The translations under genes and the position numbers were made by a program. The notes under the pieces are model-generated. The model saw only the letters and a program-made list of their open reading frames with translations. It did no database searches and was not told the DNA's origin. Positions 11,360 through 22,590 of a stretch of 64,000 nt of DNA are shown here, piece after piece. Location of the stretch: NCBI GenBank assembly GCA_020024755.1, contig JAHHTH010000004.1:128024-192023 (forward strand). Direction: 5' to 3'. Each line of letters opens with the position of its first letter. Position 1 is the stretch's first letter. This stretch comes from Mycoplasmataceae bacterium (GTDB lineage: Bacteria; Bacillota_I; Bacilli_A; Mycoplasmatales; Mycoplasmoidaceae).

Positions 11360-12012
11360 ACACTAAAAAAATTATCTTATTAGGAGCACCAGGAAGTGGT
11401 AAAGGAACTTTAGCTCAAGGCTTAGTTAATTATGGCTTTGTGCAAATTTCTACTGGTGATTTATTTAGAAAGAAATTATCAGAAGATTCAGAAGAAGCTA
11501 AACAAATTCAACAATTAATTAACCGTGGTGAATTAATTCCAGATGAAATTACAAATAATTTAGCTAAAGCTGAAATTGTTAAGAATGCTCAAGATGGTAA
11601 AAACATCATTCTTGATGGTTATCCAAGAACAGTAGAACAAGCTAAGTATTTATCTACTATTTGTAAAGTAGACCATGTGATATATTTAAATGTTGATCAA
11701 AACATTTTATTTGAACGTATTACTGGTAGATTAAGCTGTAAACAATGTGGTAAAGTTTACAATGAATACACTAACCCTCCTAAACAAAAAGAAGTATGCG
11801 ATCAATGTAATATTCCATTAACAAGAAGACGTGATGACAACAAAGAATCTTTTGAACTAAGAATGAAGGAATATGTATCTAAAACTGAACCTTTAATCAA
11901 GTATTACAAGGACCAAACTTCATCTGGTACTAAGTTCATTGAACTAAAACCAAGCAAGGATGATAGTATAGATGCTATTTTAAAAGATGTTCTAAAACAA
12001 ATTGGAATGTAA
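11353..12012 (+). CDS. adk: Adenylate kinase (zinc-lid type)
   Basis: 219-aa ORF with P-loop GAPGSGKGT and lid CxxC...CxxC (CKQCGKVY...CDQC). Confidence 0.95.
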   Translation: MIDTKKIILLGAPGSGKGTLAQGLVNYGFVQISTGDLFRKKLSEDSEEAKQIQQLINRGELIPDEITNNLAKAEIVKNAQDGKNIILDGYPRTVEQAKYLSTICKVDHVIYLNVDQNILFERITGRLSCKQCGKVYNEYTNPPKQKEVCDQCNIPLTRRRDDNKESFELRMKEYVSKTEPLIKYYKDQTSSGTKFIELKPSKDDSIDAILKDVLKQIGM

Positions 12013-12054
12013 ATTTTATAAAATTTTTTTGTTAAATATTATAAAATATTTACT

Positions 12055-12810
12055 ATGATGGTTAAGTCTCAAGAGGATATACAACTAATAAAACAAGCAG
12101 CAGCAATTTGAAAAGAAGCACGTAGTGCTATTATCAATGCTGCTCAAGTTGGTGTTAGTTTACTTGAACTAGATAAAATTGCACAAGAAACCATTGAAAA
12201 GCACGAAGGTGCAACTTGTGCATTCTACCAATATGGCGGGTTCCCTGGCCATATCTGTATTTCAGTGAATGATTGTATTATTCATGGAGTCCCAACTGAT
12301 TACTGTCTACAAGATGGTGACTCAGTAACATTTGACGTTGGTGTTAAGTATGCTGAACATTTCTGTGATGCTGCCTTTACAGTATTAATTGGAAATGTTT
12401 CAGAACAAGCTAAAGAAATTTCTGAAGTTTGTCATGAAAGCTTGAACAAAGCAATTAGCATCTTAAAACCAGGAGTCGCTACATATGATATTGCATGTAC
12501 AGTGCAAGACTATGTAGAAAGTAAAGGATATGAAGTTATTAGAAACTTTACTGGACATGGCTGTGGAAACAAGCTACATGAAGATCCTGTTATTTCTAAT
12601 TATCGTTCAATCGAATTTAAGTTTGCAAGTATGCCACTTAAGGCTGGTATGGTAATTTGTATTGAACCAATGATTATGACTGGTTCACATAAATTCTTTA
12701 TTGACCCTAAGAACAACTGAAGCGTATATGCAAAGAACAAAAAACTTACATCACATTGAGAACACATGGTTCTTATTACAGAAGATGGATGTGAAGTATT
12801 AACTAAATAG
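12055..12810 (+). CDS. map: Methionine aminopeptidase type I
   Basis: ATG 12055 is in frame with track ORF 12265-12720 through TGAs, ending at TAG 12808. MetAP metal-ligand context present (FTGHGCG, ICIEPM, EHMVLIT). Confidence 0.93.
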
Positions 12811-12818
12811 GAGAATTA

Positions 12819-13034
12819 ATGAGTCAAGATAAGATTACAATGAAAGGCACTATTGCTGAAATCATTACAGGCGGAAACTACAAAGTTAAACTAGAAAATG
12901 ACATGATCATTACTGCACAAACTTCAGGTAAGATGAGAGTAAACAAAATCTCTATCTTACCAGGCGATGTTGTAGATGTGGAATTAACTCCATACGATTT
13001 AACAAAAGGCCGTATTACTTATAGACATCGTTAA
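12819..13034 (+). CDS. infA: Translation initiation factor IF-1
   Basis: 71-aa ORF with an S1-like fold sequence (MKGTIAEII.GGNYKV...GRITYRHR). Confidence 0.96.
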   Translation: MSQDKITMKGTIAEIITGGNYKVKLENDMIITAQTSGKMRVNKISILPGDVVDVELTPYDLTKGRITYRHR

Positions 13035-13055
13035 AATTTTAGAAAGGTATAACAT

Positions 13056-13169
13056 ATGAAAGTAAGAGCATCAGTTAAACCTATCTGTAAAGATTGCAAA
13101 ATCATTAAAAGAGAAGGTGTGATTAGAGTTATTTGTAAAAACCCTAAACACAAACAAAGACAAGGATAG
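13056..13169 (+). CDS. rpmJ: 50S ribosomal protein L36
   Basis: 37-aa [40 protein letters not shown]. Too short for the track. Confidence 0.93.
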   Translation: MKVRASVKPICKDCKIIKREGVIRVICKNPKHKQRQG

Positions 13170-13179
13170 GAGATAACAC

Positions 13180-13554
13180 ATGGCACGTATTTTAGGTGTA
13201 GATATTCCTAACGATAAACGTATCCTAATTTCATTAACATATATTTATGGAATTGGTCGTAGTCGTTCAAGTGAAATCTTAAAAGAAGCAAAAATTGATG
13301 AAAACATCAAAACAAGAGATCTATCAGAAGAACAAATCGCTTCAATTCGTCAAGTTGCGTCTAAATACCAATTAGAAGGTGACTTAAGAAGAGAAATTGC
13401 GATGAACATCAAATTAAAAATGGAACTTGGATGCTATTCAGGTTTAAGACATAGAAGGGGTCTTCCAGTTAGAGGACAAAGAACTAGAACTAATGCTAGA
13501 ACTAGAAAAGGTCCTAGAAAAACAGTTGCTAACAAGAAGATTGAAGCTAGATAG
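13180..13554 (+). CDS. rpsM: 30S ribosomal protein S13
   Basis: 124-aa ORF reading [14 protein letters not shown]...[15 protein letters not shown]. Confidence 0.96.
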   Translation: MARILGVDIPNDKRILISLTYIYGIGRSRSSEILKEAKIDENIKTRDLSEEQIASIRQVASKYQLEGDLRREIAMNIKLKMELGCYSGLRHRRGLPVRGQRTRTNARTRKGPRKTVANKKIEAR

Positions 13555-13565
13555 GAAGTAGGATT

Positions 13566-13931
13566 ATGGCAAAGAAAAAGAAAATTAATTTTACTGATGG
13601 TATCGTACATATTCATGCAACTAGAAATAACACAATTATTTCATTATCAGATGTTAAAGGTAATGTTATTACTTGAGCATCAAGTGGAAGTATTGGTTAC
13701 AAAGGTGCAAAGAAGAAAACTTCTTACTCTGCTGGATTAGCATGTGAACAAGCTGCTAAGGCTGCTTACGGTTTAGGTTTAAGAACTGTATCTGTTAATG
13801 TTAACGGTATTGGTTCTGGAGCTGAAACTGCAATTCGTAGCTTACAAACAGCTGGACTAAAAGTTGCAGCTATTAGAGATGTAACTCCAATTCCTCACAA
13901 TGGATGTCGTCCACCAAAGAAACCAAGATAA
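13566..13931 (+). CDS. rpsK: 30S ribosomal protein S11
   Basis: ATG 13566. Reads [18 protein letters not shown]...TWASSG (TGA=Trp)...[15 protein letters not shown], ending at TAA 13929. Confidence 0.95.
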
Positions 13932-13959
13932 TAGATAATTTGTTTATAGGAGATCAAAT

Positions 13960-14937
13960 ATGGAAAAATTTTTAAAATATGACGCTAGCGTTGACTATGA
14001 AAAGAGTACTGACACTTACACTGCAATGACTATCAAACCTTTAGAAAGAGGATTTGGTAATACATTAGGTAATGCTTTAAGAAGAGTTTGTTTAAGTTCA
14101 ATTCCAGGTGCTGCAATGTTTGCAATTAGAATTCCTGGGGTAACTCATGAATACCAAACTATTAAAGGTGTTAAGGAAGATGTAACTCAAATTATCTTAA
14201 ATCTTAAAAAAGTAATTATTCAAATCGACGATGAAATTAACCCATTAGAAGATTTAGAAAACACTCCAATTGAAAAATGACCAGTATTAACTGTTCAAAA
14301 ATCTAAAAAAGGAGAAATTACTGGAGCTGATATTGAAGTACCAGCTGGTTTCAAAATTATCAACAAGGACGCTCATGTTGCAACATTAACTGAAGATGTA
14401 AACTTCGAACTTTACATTTATGCTAAGAGTGGTAGAGGATTCAAAACATTTAAAGAAAACAAAGAAGGTTTATCTTTATCAATTATCCCTACTGATTCAG
14501 ACTTCTGTCCAGTAACAAAATTTGCTTACTCAGTTGAAGAAGTTAAGAATTCTAAAAAAGCTGTTAATGATGAATTACATATTGAAATTTCTACTAACGG
14601 TGCTATTTCATCTGCATATGCAGTTGCATTAGCAGCTAAGATCTTAGTAGAACACTTCAACTTAATTACTTCTTTAGACAAACAAGTTGAAGAAGAAAAA
14701 ATCATGAAAGAACAAGAACTTGAACAAAAGAAAGTTAATCTATCAATTCCTATTGAAGAACTTAACTTATCAGTTCGTGCTTACAATGCTTTAAAACAAA
14801 TTCAAATTAATACAACTCAAGAATTAATTGAAAAAACACGTAAAGAAATTGATGGTATTAGAAACTTAGGTAAAAAATCAGTTCACGAAATCATCAAAGC
14901 AATTCATGATCGTGGATTAAAACTTAAAGATGAATAA
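13960..14937 (+). CDS. rpoA: DNA-directed RNA polymerase subunit alpha
   Basis: Track ORFs 13960-14280 and 14704-14937 are in one frame and joined through TGA 14278. NTD motif [13 protein letters not shown] and [15 protein letters not shown]...GKKS. Confidence 0.95.
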
Positions 14938-14948
14938 GGAGGAAAGTT

Positions 14949-15308
14949 ATGTCATTTCAAAATAAAAAAGGAAAGACACAAGCTTGAAGAAAAATGGTTA
15001 TTCGTCAACAAGTTTCTGATGTACTAGCTTATGGAAAACTAATTACTACAGTTACTAAAGCTAAAGAAACTCAAAGACATGTTGATAAAATGATTACTTT
15101 AGCTAAAAAAGATACATTAGCTTCAAGAAGAGCTGCAGCTGCTGTCTTATTAAATACATCTACTTTAACTGCAGATGAAATTCTAAAAAAATTATTTAGC
15201 GAATACGGTCCTAAATATAAAAGCCGTAATGGTGGATACACTAGAGTTCTTAAATTAGGTTCAAGACCTGGTGATAACACTGAAGAAGCTATCATTGAAT
15301 TAGTATAA
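14949..15308 (+). CDS. rplQ: 50S ribosomal protein L17
   Basis: ATG 14949 after GGAGGAAAG, in frame with track ORF 14994-15308 through TGA (QAWRKM). Contains [14 protein letters not shown]. Confidence 0.93.
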
Positions 15309-15324
15309 TAGGAGGAATAGGTAT

Positions 15325-15492
15325 ATGGCATTAAAAAGAGCAATCAGATTACAATGTACTGAATGTAAAAGAATCAACTATTTATCTAGAAAGAATCCTA
15401 AAGCTAATCCAGATAAACTAGAATTAAATAAATATTGTAAGTGATGTAGAAAAGCTACACCTCACAAAGAAACAAAAGACTACAAGAAATAG
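15325..15492 (+). CDS. rpmG: 50S ribosomal protein L33
   Basis: 55-aa [22 protein letters not shown]...YCKWCRK (TGA=Trp) after a GGAGGAA RBS. Four-Cys zinc ribbon. Confidence 0.88.
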
Positions 15493-15511
15493 TCTCACAC
15501 CAATAATATAT

Positions 15512-15545
15512 AAAAAGCATTCTCATTCACGGGAATGCTTTTTAT
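15512..15545 (+). terminator. Rho-independent terminator of the ribosomal operon
   Basis: Hairpin AAAGCATTC-N10-GAATGCTTT followed by a T-run, 20 nt after the rpmG stop. Confidence 0.6.
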
Positions 15546-15628
15546 ATCTAACTTAGAGTGAGGAATTTTAACTTTCCATTTAAATCAGTAATATAATTAG
15601 ATTTGTGTTAATACAAGAAGGAGTTAAT

Positions 15629-16210
15629 GTGCAAGAATCAGAATTTCAACCATATAGAAAAAAATCTAAAATATATAATTTCATTCAACATTCTTTTATA
15701 TCAATAGGCATTGGATTAGTACTTGTATTTTTCATTTATCTTGGCATGTGATTATGAAGTGGTGATAAAGATGGTAGATGAGCAATTAAATATGGAATTA
15801 TCATATTAGTAGTGTCATATATTTGTACTTGAATAGCTTGTATCGCATGAAAGTGCTCTAACAAACTAGACATTGTAATTTTACAAAAGTTTTCTAGTAG
15901 ATCAGACTTACTAAATTTTGCTGTTAATAAAAATAGTAAAGAAAATGTAAAAATTATTCTTTGTGCAATTTTCAATGCAGCTATTTATTTCACTATTATC
16001 ATAGCTATATTCCTTATAATCTCTGGTGCTACCCCATTAGACGGTTTAGAAATTGATGATGACGACGATGATGAATACACTGCTAAGAATCCAACTGATA
16101 CAACCAATAAAAGAAACCAAAAGAAATTAAAAGAAAAACTTGAAGAAGAATTTGAAAAAGAAGTAAAGCATCCAAATCTAGTATATGATCACAATAAATT
16201 AAAAGATTAA
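15629..16210 (+). CDS. Hypothetical membrane protein with acidic (D6) then Lys-rich C-terminus
   Basis: GTG start 5 nt after GAAGGAG. Open frame with five TGA=Trp to TAA 16208. About four hydrophobic helices. No family recognised. Confidence 0.5.
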
Positions 16211-16231
16211 ACATCTTAAACTTAAACACAG

Positions 16232-16275
16232 ATAACTCTCTAAAACTTACACAGGTGATAGAGAGTTTTATTTTG
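16232..16275 (+). terminator. Rho-independent terminator
   Basis: AACTCTCT-N18-AGAGAGTT hairpin followed by TTTATTTT. Confidence 0.5.
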
Positions 16276-16305
16276 TAATAAACTTTTTTGGGATATAATA
16301 CTAAT

Positions 16306-16451
16306 GCAAAAGAATATGAGGTTACTCATATCTCAACTAACGAGTAAGGTTGAGCGGCGTTACTGAAAGCTGTAAAAAAGTAGGGTAGCGAAGAATGGAG
16401 AAAACAATAGTTTTGGCAGGAGGTGCTACCTCCTGCGTTTTAATTATATGG
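16306..16451 (+). ncRNA. Candidate small RNA (unassigned family)
   Basis: TATAAT at 16294-16299. The ~145 nt that follow look locally GC-enriched and carry hairpins (ATATGAG/CTCATAT, TCAAC/GTTGA). They end in a strong terminator, GCAGGAGGT-GCT-ACCTCCTGC + GTTTT (16426-16451). No RBS-preceded ORF. Confidence 0.3.
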
Positions 16452-16488
16452 GGTTATAAATAGATTTAATTATTGGTTACTATAACTT

Positions 16489-17841
16489 ATTAAGGTTCTT
16501 TTCTAGGAAGTCTTTTAGGTCTTGATCTTTTTCTGCCATCTTAGTTACTTTTTCAATAGCATTTAAAACAGTAGTATGATCTCTATTTGAGAAGTAAGTT
16601 CCAATATCAACTAAACTCATATTATATTTAACTCTTAGAATATACATACATATATGTCTTACATTAGTAATATTCTTTAATCTAGTCTTTCCTTTAACTA
16701 AATCTTCTTTAGTACCATATCATCTACATACAGTTGAAATAATTAATTCTGGATTAAAGTCTTCACTAGGAGTTAGCATTCTAGTTCCATCTCTTTCAAA
16801 GAATTCTTGAACAAATGATTTTGTGATTAATTCATTTGGTTGTAGGTTTTGAATTGCAAAGAAACTAATCTTATTTAAGAAACCAATAAGTTTTCTTAAA
16901 TCATTGTTGTAGTATTTAACAATTTCATCTATAGCTTCATCTTGAAAATTAAAGGTAGAGTCTTGTTGTTTAATTCTTTGGATAATTATTCTTTTTAATA
17001 CTTCAGATTCTGGTGATTCAATCTTTATAGTAAGACCACTACTAAATCTAGAAACCATACGTTCTTCTAATGAATCTAATTGTTCTGGATTTTTATCAGA
17101 AGTAATAATAATTTGTTTATTATGTCTTACAAGGTTATTAAAGATATTAAAGAAGATTTCATTAGTCTTTTCTTTACCAGCTAAATATTGAATATCATCA
17201 ATTAGTAATAAATCATAAGATGAATATTCACGTTTCAATTCTTCTACAAAATTTCCACCTTTAGTTAAAGCTTGAAAAACATCTCTAGTAAAGTCATTAG
17301 ATTCAATATATTTAATTTTCTTATTTGGGAATCTAGATTTGTATAGATTACCTAGCGCATTAATTAAGTGAGTTTTACCTAAACCTGTAGATCCATAAAT
17401 AAATAGGGGATTATAAATTGTTCCAAGGTTCTTAGAAATAGCACAAACTGCATTGTATGCACTTTTATTAAAATCACCTACTACAAAGTTTTCTAAAGTA
17501 TATTCTGGGTTTAAACCACTATCATTGTTTAATGAATCATCAAAGTCCTTAGTGATATCACTATCAATATTGTTTATAGATTTTTCATTAGGTAGAATAA
17601 ATTTAAATTCAAATCTCTTATTTAATTGTTGTTCAAAGAAGTTAACTATTTTATCCTTATAGTCATTAGTTAATAAACTTTTAGCAAATATAGAAGGTGC
17701 AATAACTGTGATTGTATTGTCAGCAAATTTTGAAACTCTTGATGGTTGTACGCAAGTTTCAAAAATATTTTGATTAGTAAATGATGGTTTTAGATATTCA
17801 ATTAGTTTAGTTCAAATGTGTTCTATATCAGCTTTGTTCAT
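16489..17841 (-). CDS. dnaA: Chromosomal replication initiator protein DnaA
   Basis: 450-aa frame joined through TGAs, containing track ORF 16720-17238. Walker A GSTGLGKTH, LLIDDIQYLAGKEKT and C-terminal domain IV (HTTVLNAIEKV). TAA stop at 16489. Confidence 0.93.
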
Positions 17842-17846
17842 ATTAA

Positions 17847-18413
17847 TTATGCAGCTGGAAATGGAGCAGTTGGGTTAGCTACAGGTGTAGGAGCTGGTTG
17901 TTCAGCTGGAGTATTAGCTTTTTCTTCGCCTTTACTTTTCTTACCTTTTTTAACTTCAACTTCTTTAATTGGTTTAACTTTTTCTTTTTCTAAACTTCTA
18001 ATTTGAGCTCTAATATCTAATAAACCTGAGTCAATTTCATCTTTAGATACTTTGTTCTTAAGAGAGAATTCTTCTTTTAAATGTCTAATGTGTTTAATTA
18101 ACTTACGGTTGTTAGCAGCAGCAATGATATAGTATGTGAAGATTGAAACTGCAGCACAGAAACTAAGAGCAGATAAAGTAAATCCAATTGAGATTAATGC
18201 ATAAGCTTTTGCTCTTGTTGGATCAGTATCTTGTGCAGTTCCTGCTTGTATTGGGTTTCCGTTCACATCTTTAGGGAATGGTATGATATCTTGTCCAAAA
18301 ATATCTTGACTACCTGTTCATTGGATGTAGAAAAGAGCCGAAACTACCATTAAAATGATACAAACGATTGATAATACTGTAAATGAAATAAATTTTCCTT
18401 TTGTGTTAAACAT
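17847..18413 (-). CDS. Hypothetical membrane protein immediately upstream of dnaA
   Basis: ATG at 18413 is in frame with track ORF 17847-18266 through one TGA. Two TM segments and a Lys/Glu-rich then Pro/Ala-rich tail. Its stop lies 5 nt before the dnaA start. Confidence 0.6.
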
Positions 18414-18497
18414 AAGTAACCTCTACTTTAATAATTATACAATAACTTCATATATAATATTAATATTAAAACATTATTAATTGATAAGGAGACCACT

Positions 18498-19862
18498 ATG
18501 TTGAAATCAATGATAGGTAGCATTGTAGCTAAAAATATGGCTAAAAAGCTAAAAAATATGACTATTGAAGAAGATGATATTAAGGATGTACTAAGGGAAA
18601 TTAGAATAGCATTATTAGATGCTGACGTTAATTTACAAGTAGTAAAAACATTTATCAATAGTGTAAAAGAAAAAACCATTGGTCAAACAGTAGATGACAA
18701 AGTTTCTCCTTCTGATTTTGTGTTAACTATTATTAAAGAAGAATTAATCAATATACTTGGAAAAGAAAAATCTGAAGTTAATTTCAACAAAAAACCTACA
18801 AAGATCATGATGGTAGGGTTACAAGGTTCAGGGAAAACTACAACTGTAGCTAAGATTGCAGAATATGCAAGAAAGAACCATGAAAGCAAACCATTGTTAG
18901 TAGCAGGAGATATTTATAGACCTGCTGCTATTGAACAATTAAAAACATTAGCTAAAGAAAACAAATTTGATTTCTATGAAAAAGGAACTCAAAATCCTGC
19001 TAAGACTGCAATGCAAGCTTTAGACTTAGCAAAGGAAAAAGGTAACAACCTAGTTATTATGGATACTGCTGGTCGTTTACAAACTAATGAAGAACTAATG
19101 GAAGAATTAGTACAAATTAAAGATGTCTTCCATCCAGAAGAAATATTATTGGTTGTAGACTCAATGTCTGGTCAAGATATTATCAATGTTGCTAAAGAAT
19201 TTGATAGATATTTAAAATTAACAGGGATTGTAATTACCAAATTAGATTCAGATGCTAGAGCTGGTTCTGCTTTATCACTTACATCAATTTTAAATGTGCC
19301 AATTAAATTTACAGGTACTGGTGAAAAGGTAGGTAGTTTAGATTTATTCTATCCAGAAAGAATGGCTGATAGAATTTTAGGTCTTGGTGATTTAATGACA
19401 TTAGCTGAAAAAGCTTCAGATGTTATTGATGAAAAGAAAGCAAGAGGACAAATGGAAAGAATGCTTGCTGGAAAAATGGATCTTGAAGACTTATTAAACC
19501 AAATGGAACAAATGAATAAAATGGGTTCTATTTCAGGTGTAGCTGCCATGATTCCAGGTATGCAAAATAAAATTAGTGCTGAACAAGAAGCTACTATAGA
19601 AGAAAAGCTTAAAATTACTAAAGTGTTATTAAGCTCAATGACACTTAAGGAAAGACGCAATCCAAAGATATTTAAAAAAGAACCTAATAGAAAAGTAAGA
19701 GTAGTTAAAGGATCTGGTAGAAAACCTGATGAATTAAATAAATTACTTAAACAATGAGAAGATGGAAATAAAAAGATGTTAGAACTAGGTGGAAAGATTA
19801 AATCTGGTATTAACCCATTTGCTGGTGGAAAAAATCCATTTGGCACTGGCGGTTTCCAATAA
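18498..19862 (+). CDS. ffh: Signal recognition particle protein Ffh
   Basis: Track ORF 18498-19757 reads through TGA 19755 to TAA 19860. GTPase motifs GLQGSGKTTT, DTAGR and TKLD, plus a Met-rich M domain. Confidence 0.95.
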
Positions 19863-20680
19863 TGAGTAATTCAGAAATTAAAATAAATTGATTTCCTGGC
19901 CATATGAAAAAAGCTACTGATGAAATAGTTAAAAAACTAAAGACAGTAGATTTTGTTATTGAAGTATTGGATGCAAGATCAGTAGAATTAACTGCTAATC
20001 CAGAACTTAGATCATTAATTCAAAATAAACCTCACTTAAAAGTTGCTCTAAAACAAGATCTAGCAGATATATCTAGTGCAGAAGGTGTTATCTTCGAATC
20101 AATTAAATCAAAGAGTTTTAAAAATAAATTGGTTGAAGCATTAGAATCAATGTTTACTGAAAAAATCGAAAGATTAAAAAAGAAAGGTCTTGTTAATTAT
20201 CAATTCATTGGAATAGTAATTGGAATGCCTAATGTTGGTAAATCTTCATTAATAAACAATCTAGCCCCAGTTAAATCATTAATAGCTGAAAATAGAGCTG
20301 GAGTTACTAAAAGACAAGCAACCAAAAAGATTAACAAAAACTTCTACTTAGTTGATACACCAGGAGTAATGGTAAGAAAAATAGAAAATATAGAAGATGG
20401 ATACAAATTAAGTATTTTAAATTTAATCTCAAAAAAAGTATTACCTTTATACGATGTAATTAAGTATAACTATGAATTCCTATTAATGAATTACAAGTCA
20501 AAATTATATCAATATTTTGAAATACAAAATGATGTTGAATATGATTTTGTTCAATTTCTAGATTATGTGTGTAAAAAGTATGGATATGTACAAAAAGGAA
20601 ATGAATATGATTATGATAGAGCATTAGATAATTTATTTAATCTATTTTCTAATTCAACTGTCACTAAATTTCATTTCTAG
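19862..20680 (+). CDS. rbgA: Ribosome biogenesis GTPase A (YlqF/RbgA family)
   Basis: ATG 19862 overlaps the ffh stop. N-terminus MSNSEIKINWFPGHMKKA (TGA=Trp). Circularly permuted GTPase motifs (GMPNVGKSSLIN, DTPG). Confidence 0.88.
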
Positions 20681-20681
20681 T

Positions 20682-21158
20682 TTATAGTAAATCCTTTATA
20701 TCTTTCTCAATTTCAAATGGAGTTATCTTAGATTCAAATCTATTGACAATATTTCCTTCTTTATCAATTAAAAACTTTTCGAAGTTTCATTTAACTGCTT
20801 TAGCTCTTGGAGATCATGGTTTAGTAGTAATTAAATAATTGTATAGTGGGTTTATTTCTTTACCACCCACCTTAATTTTGCTAAATAAATCAAATGTTAC
20901 ATCATACTTAGTTTGACAGAATGATTTAATAGTTGCTTCATCACCTGGTTCTTGATATAAGAATTGATTACAAGGAAAACCAAGAATCATGAAGTCTTTA
21001 TCTTTGTACTTTTTGAATAAGACTTCTAATTCGCTATATTGCTTAGTAAATCCACATTTAGAAGCCACATTAACTATTAATAAAACTTTATTCTTATATT
21101 TAGATAATGATACTTCTTTGCCATCAATATCTTTCATTTTAAAATCATAAATATTCAT
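20682..21158 (-). CDS. Glutathione peroxidase family protein
   Basis: Track ORF 20814-21158 extends through TGAs to TAA 20682. Motifs [18 protein letters not shown] and WNFEKFL (the Trp is encoded by TGA). Confidence 0.9.
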
Positions 21159-21213
21159 ATGTACCTCATTTCTTAATATTTCATTTTAATATAATGTTAT
21201 TTATTTAATTAAA

Positions 21214-22260
21214 TTAATTATTAGATAGCAATTCTTTTGCTTTATCTTTGATTGCTTTATTATTGCATTCATAACAAGAAAAAGTTTCTGTTTTTCTAAA
21301 AGCAATATAACCTTGTGTAGTTAAAGCTTTTAAACTATCTTTAATGTTATTATCATCAATATTTAAATTCTTTAATCTTATTGCATCTTTTATGTTTTGT
21401 TTTGTGACTGGTATATTTGTTTCAATCAATTCATTGATAATTAATAAAACTATATCTCTCTTCTTAAGTTTAGAAGTTTTAATCATTTGATGGAAATCTA
21501 GATTGTCCATTCAAACTTTAAAGCAATTATCTAACATTTCAAGATAGAACTTAATAAATTCATCTGCATTGTTATTTTCTTCACTTCATCCAATTGTAGA
21601 AGTTCTAATTGATTCAAAGTATTGTGATTTGTTTTGAAGCATATAGTTTTCAATTGAAATATATTTAACGATATTGTAATTATTTGCAATTAATAGATAA
21701 TTAGTTATTAATCTGCTCATTCTTCCATTGCCATCTTCAAATGGATGTATTCTAAGGAAGTTAATAATGAATAGAGGTATCTTAATTAAAACATTTAATG
21801 TTTGTTCGTGTTCTCATCATAGAATCAATTCCTTCATTAGTATTGGTGTTGCAGCTACACTAGCCATTGGTTCTTTATCAACATAGTTTTGCTTTTGCTT
21901 TCAAACACCTATATGATATGTCTTATCCATATCTACACCTTCAAATAATTTCTTGTGTCACGATAGTATAGTTTCAAGTGACAAATCTATTTTATCTGAA
22001 TTGAGTTTTATATCATTTAGAATTGCATTATAATTTTGATTAAGTTGTTTAACTTTTTTAATATTCTTAGATCTTTTAATGCTTAGTCCTTCTATTTCAT
22101 TAGATGTTTCACCTGATATTTTAGTGGCGTTATCTGAGCAAAGGATTTTGTCTATATTTAAAATGTCTAATGAAGCATTATCAAGAGAAGCTTCATTCTT
22201 GATGTTAATAGTATTGACCAATGATTCTAAGTTTACATTTTTATAATATTTTATCTTCAT
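21214..22260 (-). CDS. Fic family protein (AMPylase-type) with C-terminal winged-helix-like region
   Basis: Track ORFs 21214-21510 and 21958-22260 share a frame, and the gap between them is open with TGA=Trp. Canonical Fic motif HPFEDGNGRMSRL. Confidence 0.88.
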
Positions 22261-22311
22261 AACTAATCTAATCTTATAGTGGATTAAATGTTTTTATAGG
22301 TTTTTTAATAA

Positions 22312-22436
22312 AAACTACCCAAAAAGTTTTAATTTTTCATAAGAAACTACCCAAATAATTCATTAAATTAATAAAAACTACCCATAAATACTTATAAATT
22401 AGAATAAAACTACCCAATATTAATAGAAACTACCCA
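22312..22436. repeat. Five phased direct copies of AAACTACCCA
   Basis: Exact decamers at 22312, 22344, 22375, 22407 and 22427 (spacing 32, 31, 32, 20 nt), in the divergent fic/peroxiredoxin intergenic region. Confidence 0.85.
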
Positions 22437-22590
22437 GAAAAACAATTTAATGGGTGCTAACATAAAAGACTTAACTATGAATAGAGGGATATCTTTCCAT
22501 TAATCTCATAATAATAGACAAATTCTTTAATTGTGTAAAAAATCAGATTTATGGTACAATGGAATATTAAAACTTAAAAAGGAGAAAATT

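Noticed and set aside
16306-16451. SRP (4.5S) RNA, suggested by proximity to ffh.
   Set aside because: I could not find the conserved domain IV motif (GGAA tetraloop flanked by AGG...AGCA). Left as an unassigned sRNA candidate.
16211-18497. oriC next to dnaA.
   Set aside because: No cluster of TTATCCACA-like boxes (two or fewer mismatches) is visible in either flanking intergenic region. This cannot be called from this window.
19349-19846. 165-aa minus-strand ORF.
   Set aside because: Antisense shadow of ffh. Ser/Leu/Phe/Ile-rich composition typical of the reverse complement of a Lys/Glu-rich gene.
22312-22436. Possible CRISPR array (regularly spaced repeats, also at 62084-62270).
   Set aside because: The conserved cores are only 10-13 nt and lack typical CRISPR-repeat features. 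The spacers are AT-rich and partly similar to each other. There are only 3-5 units and no cas genes in the window.
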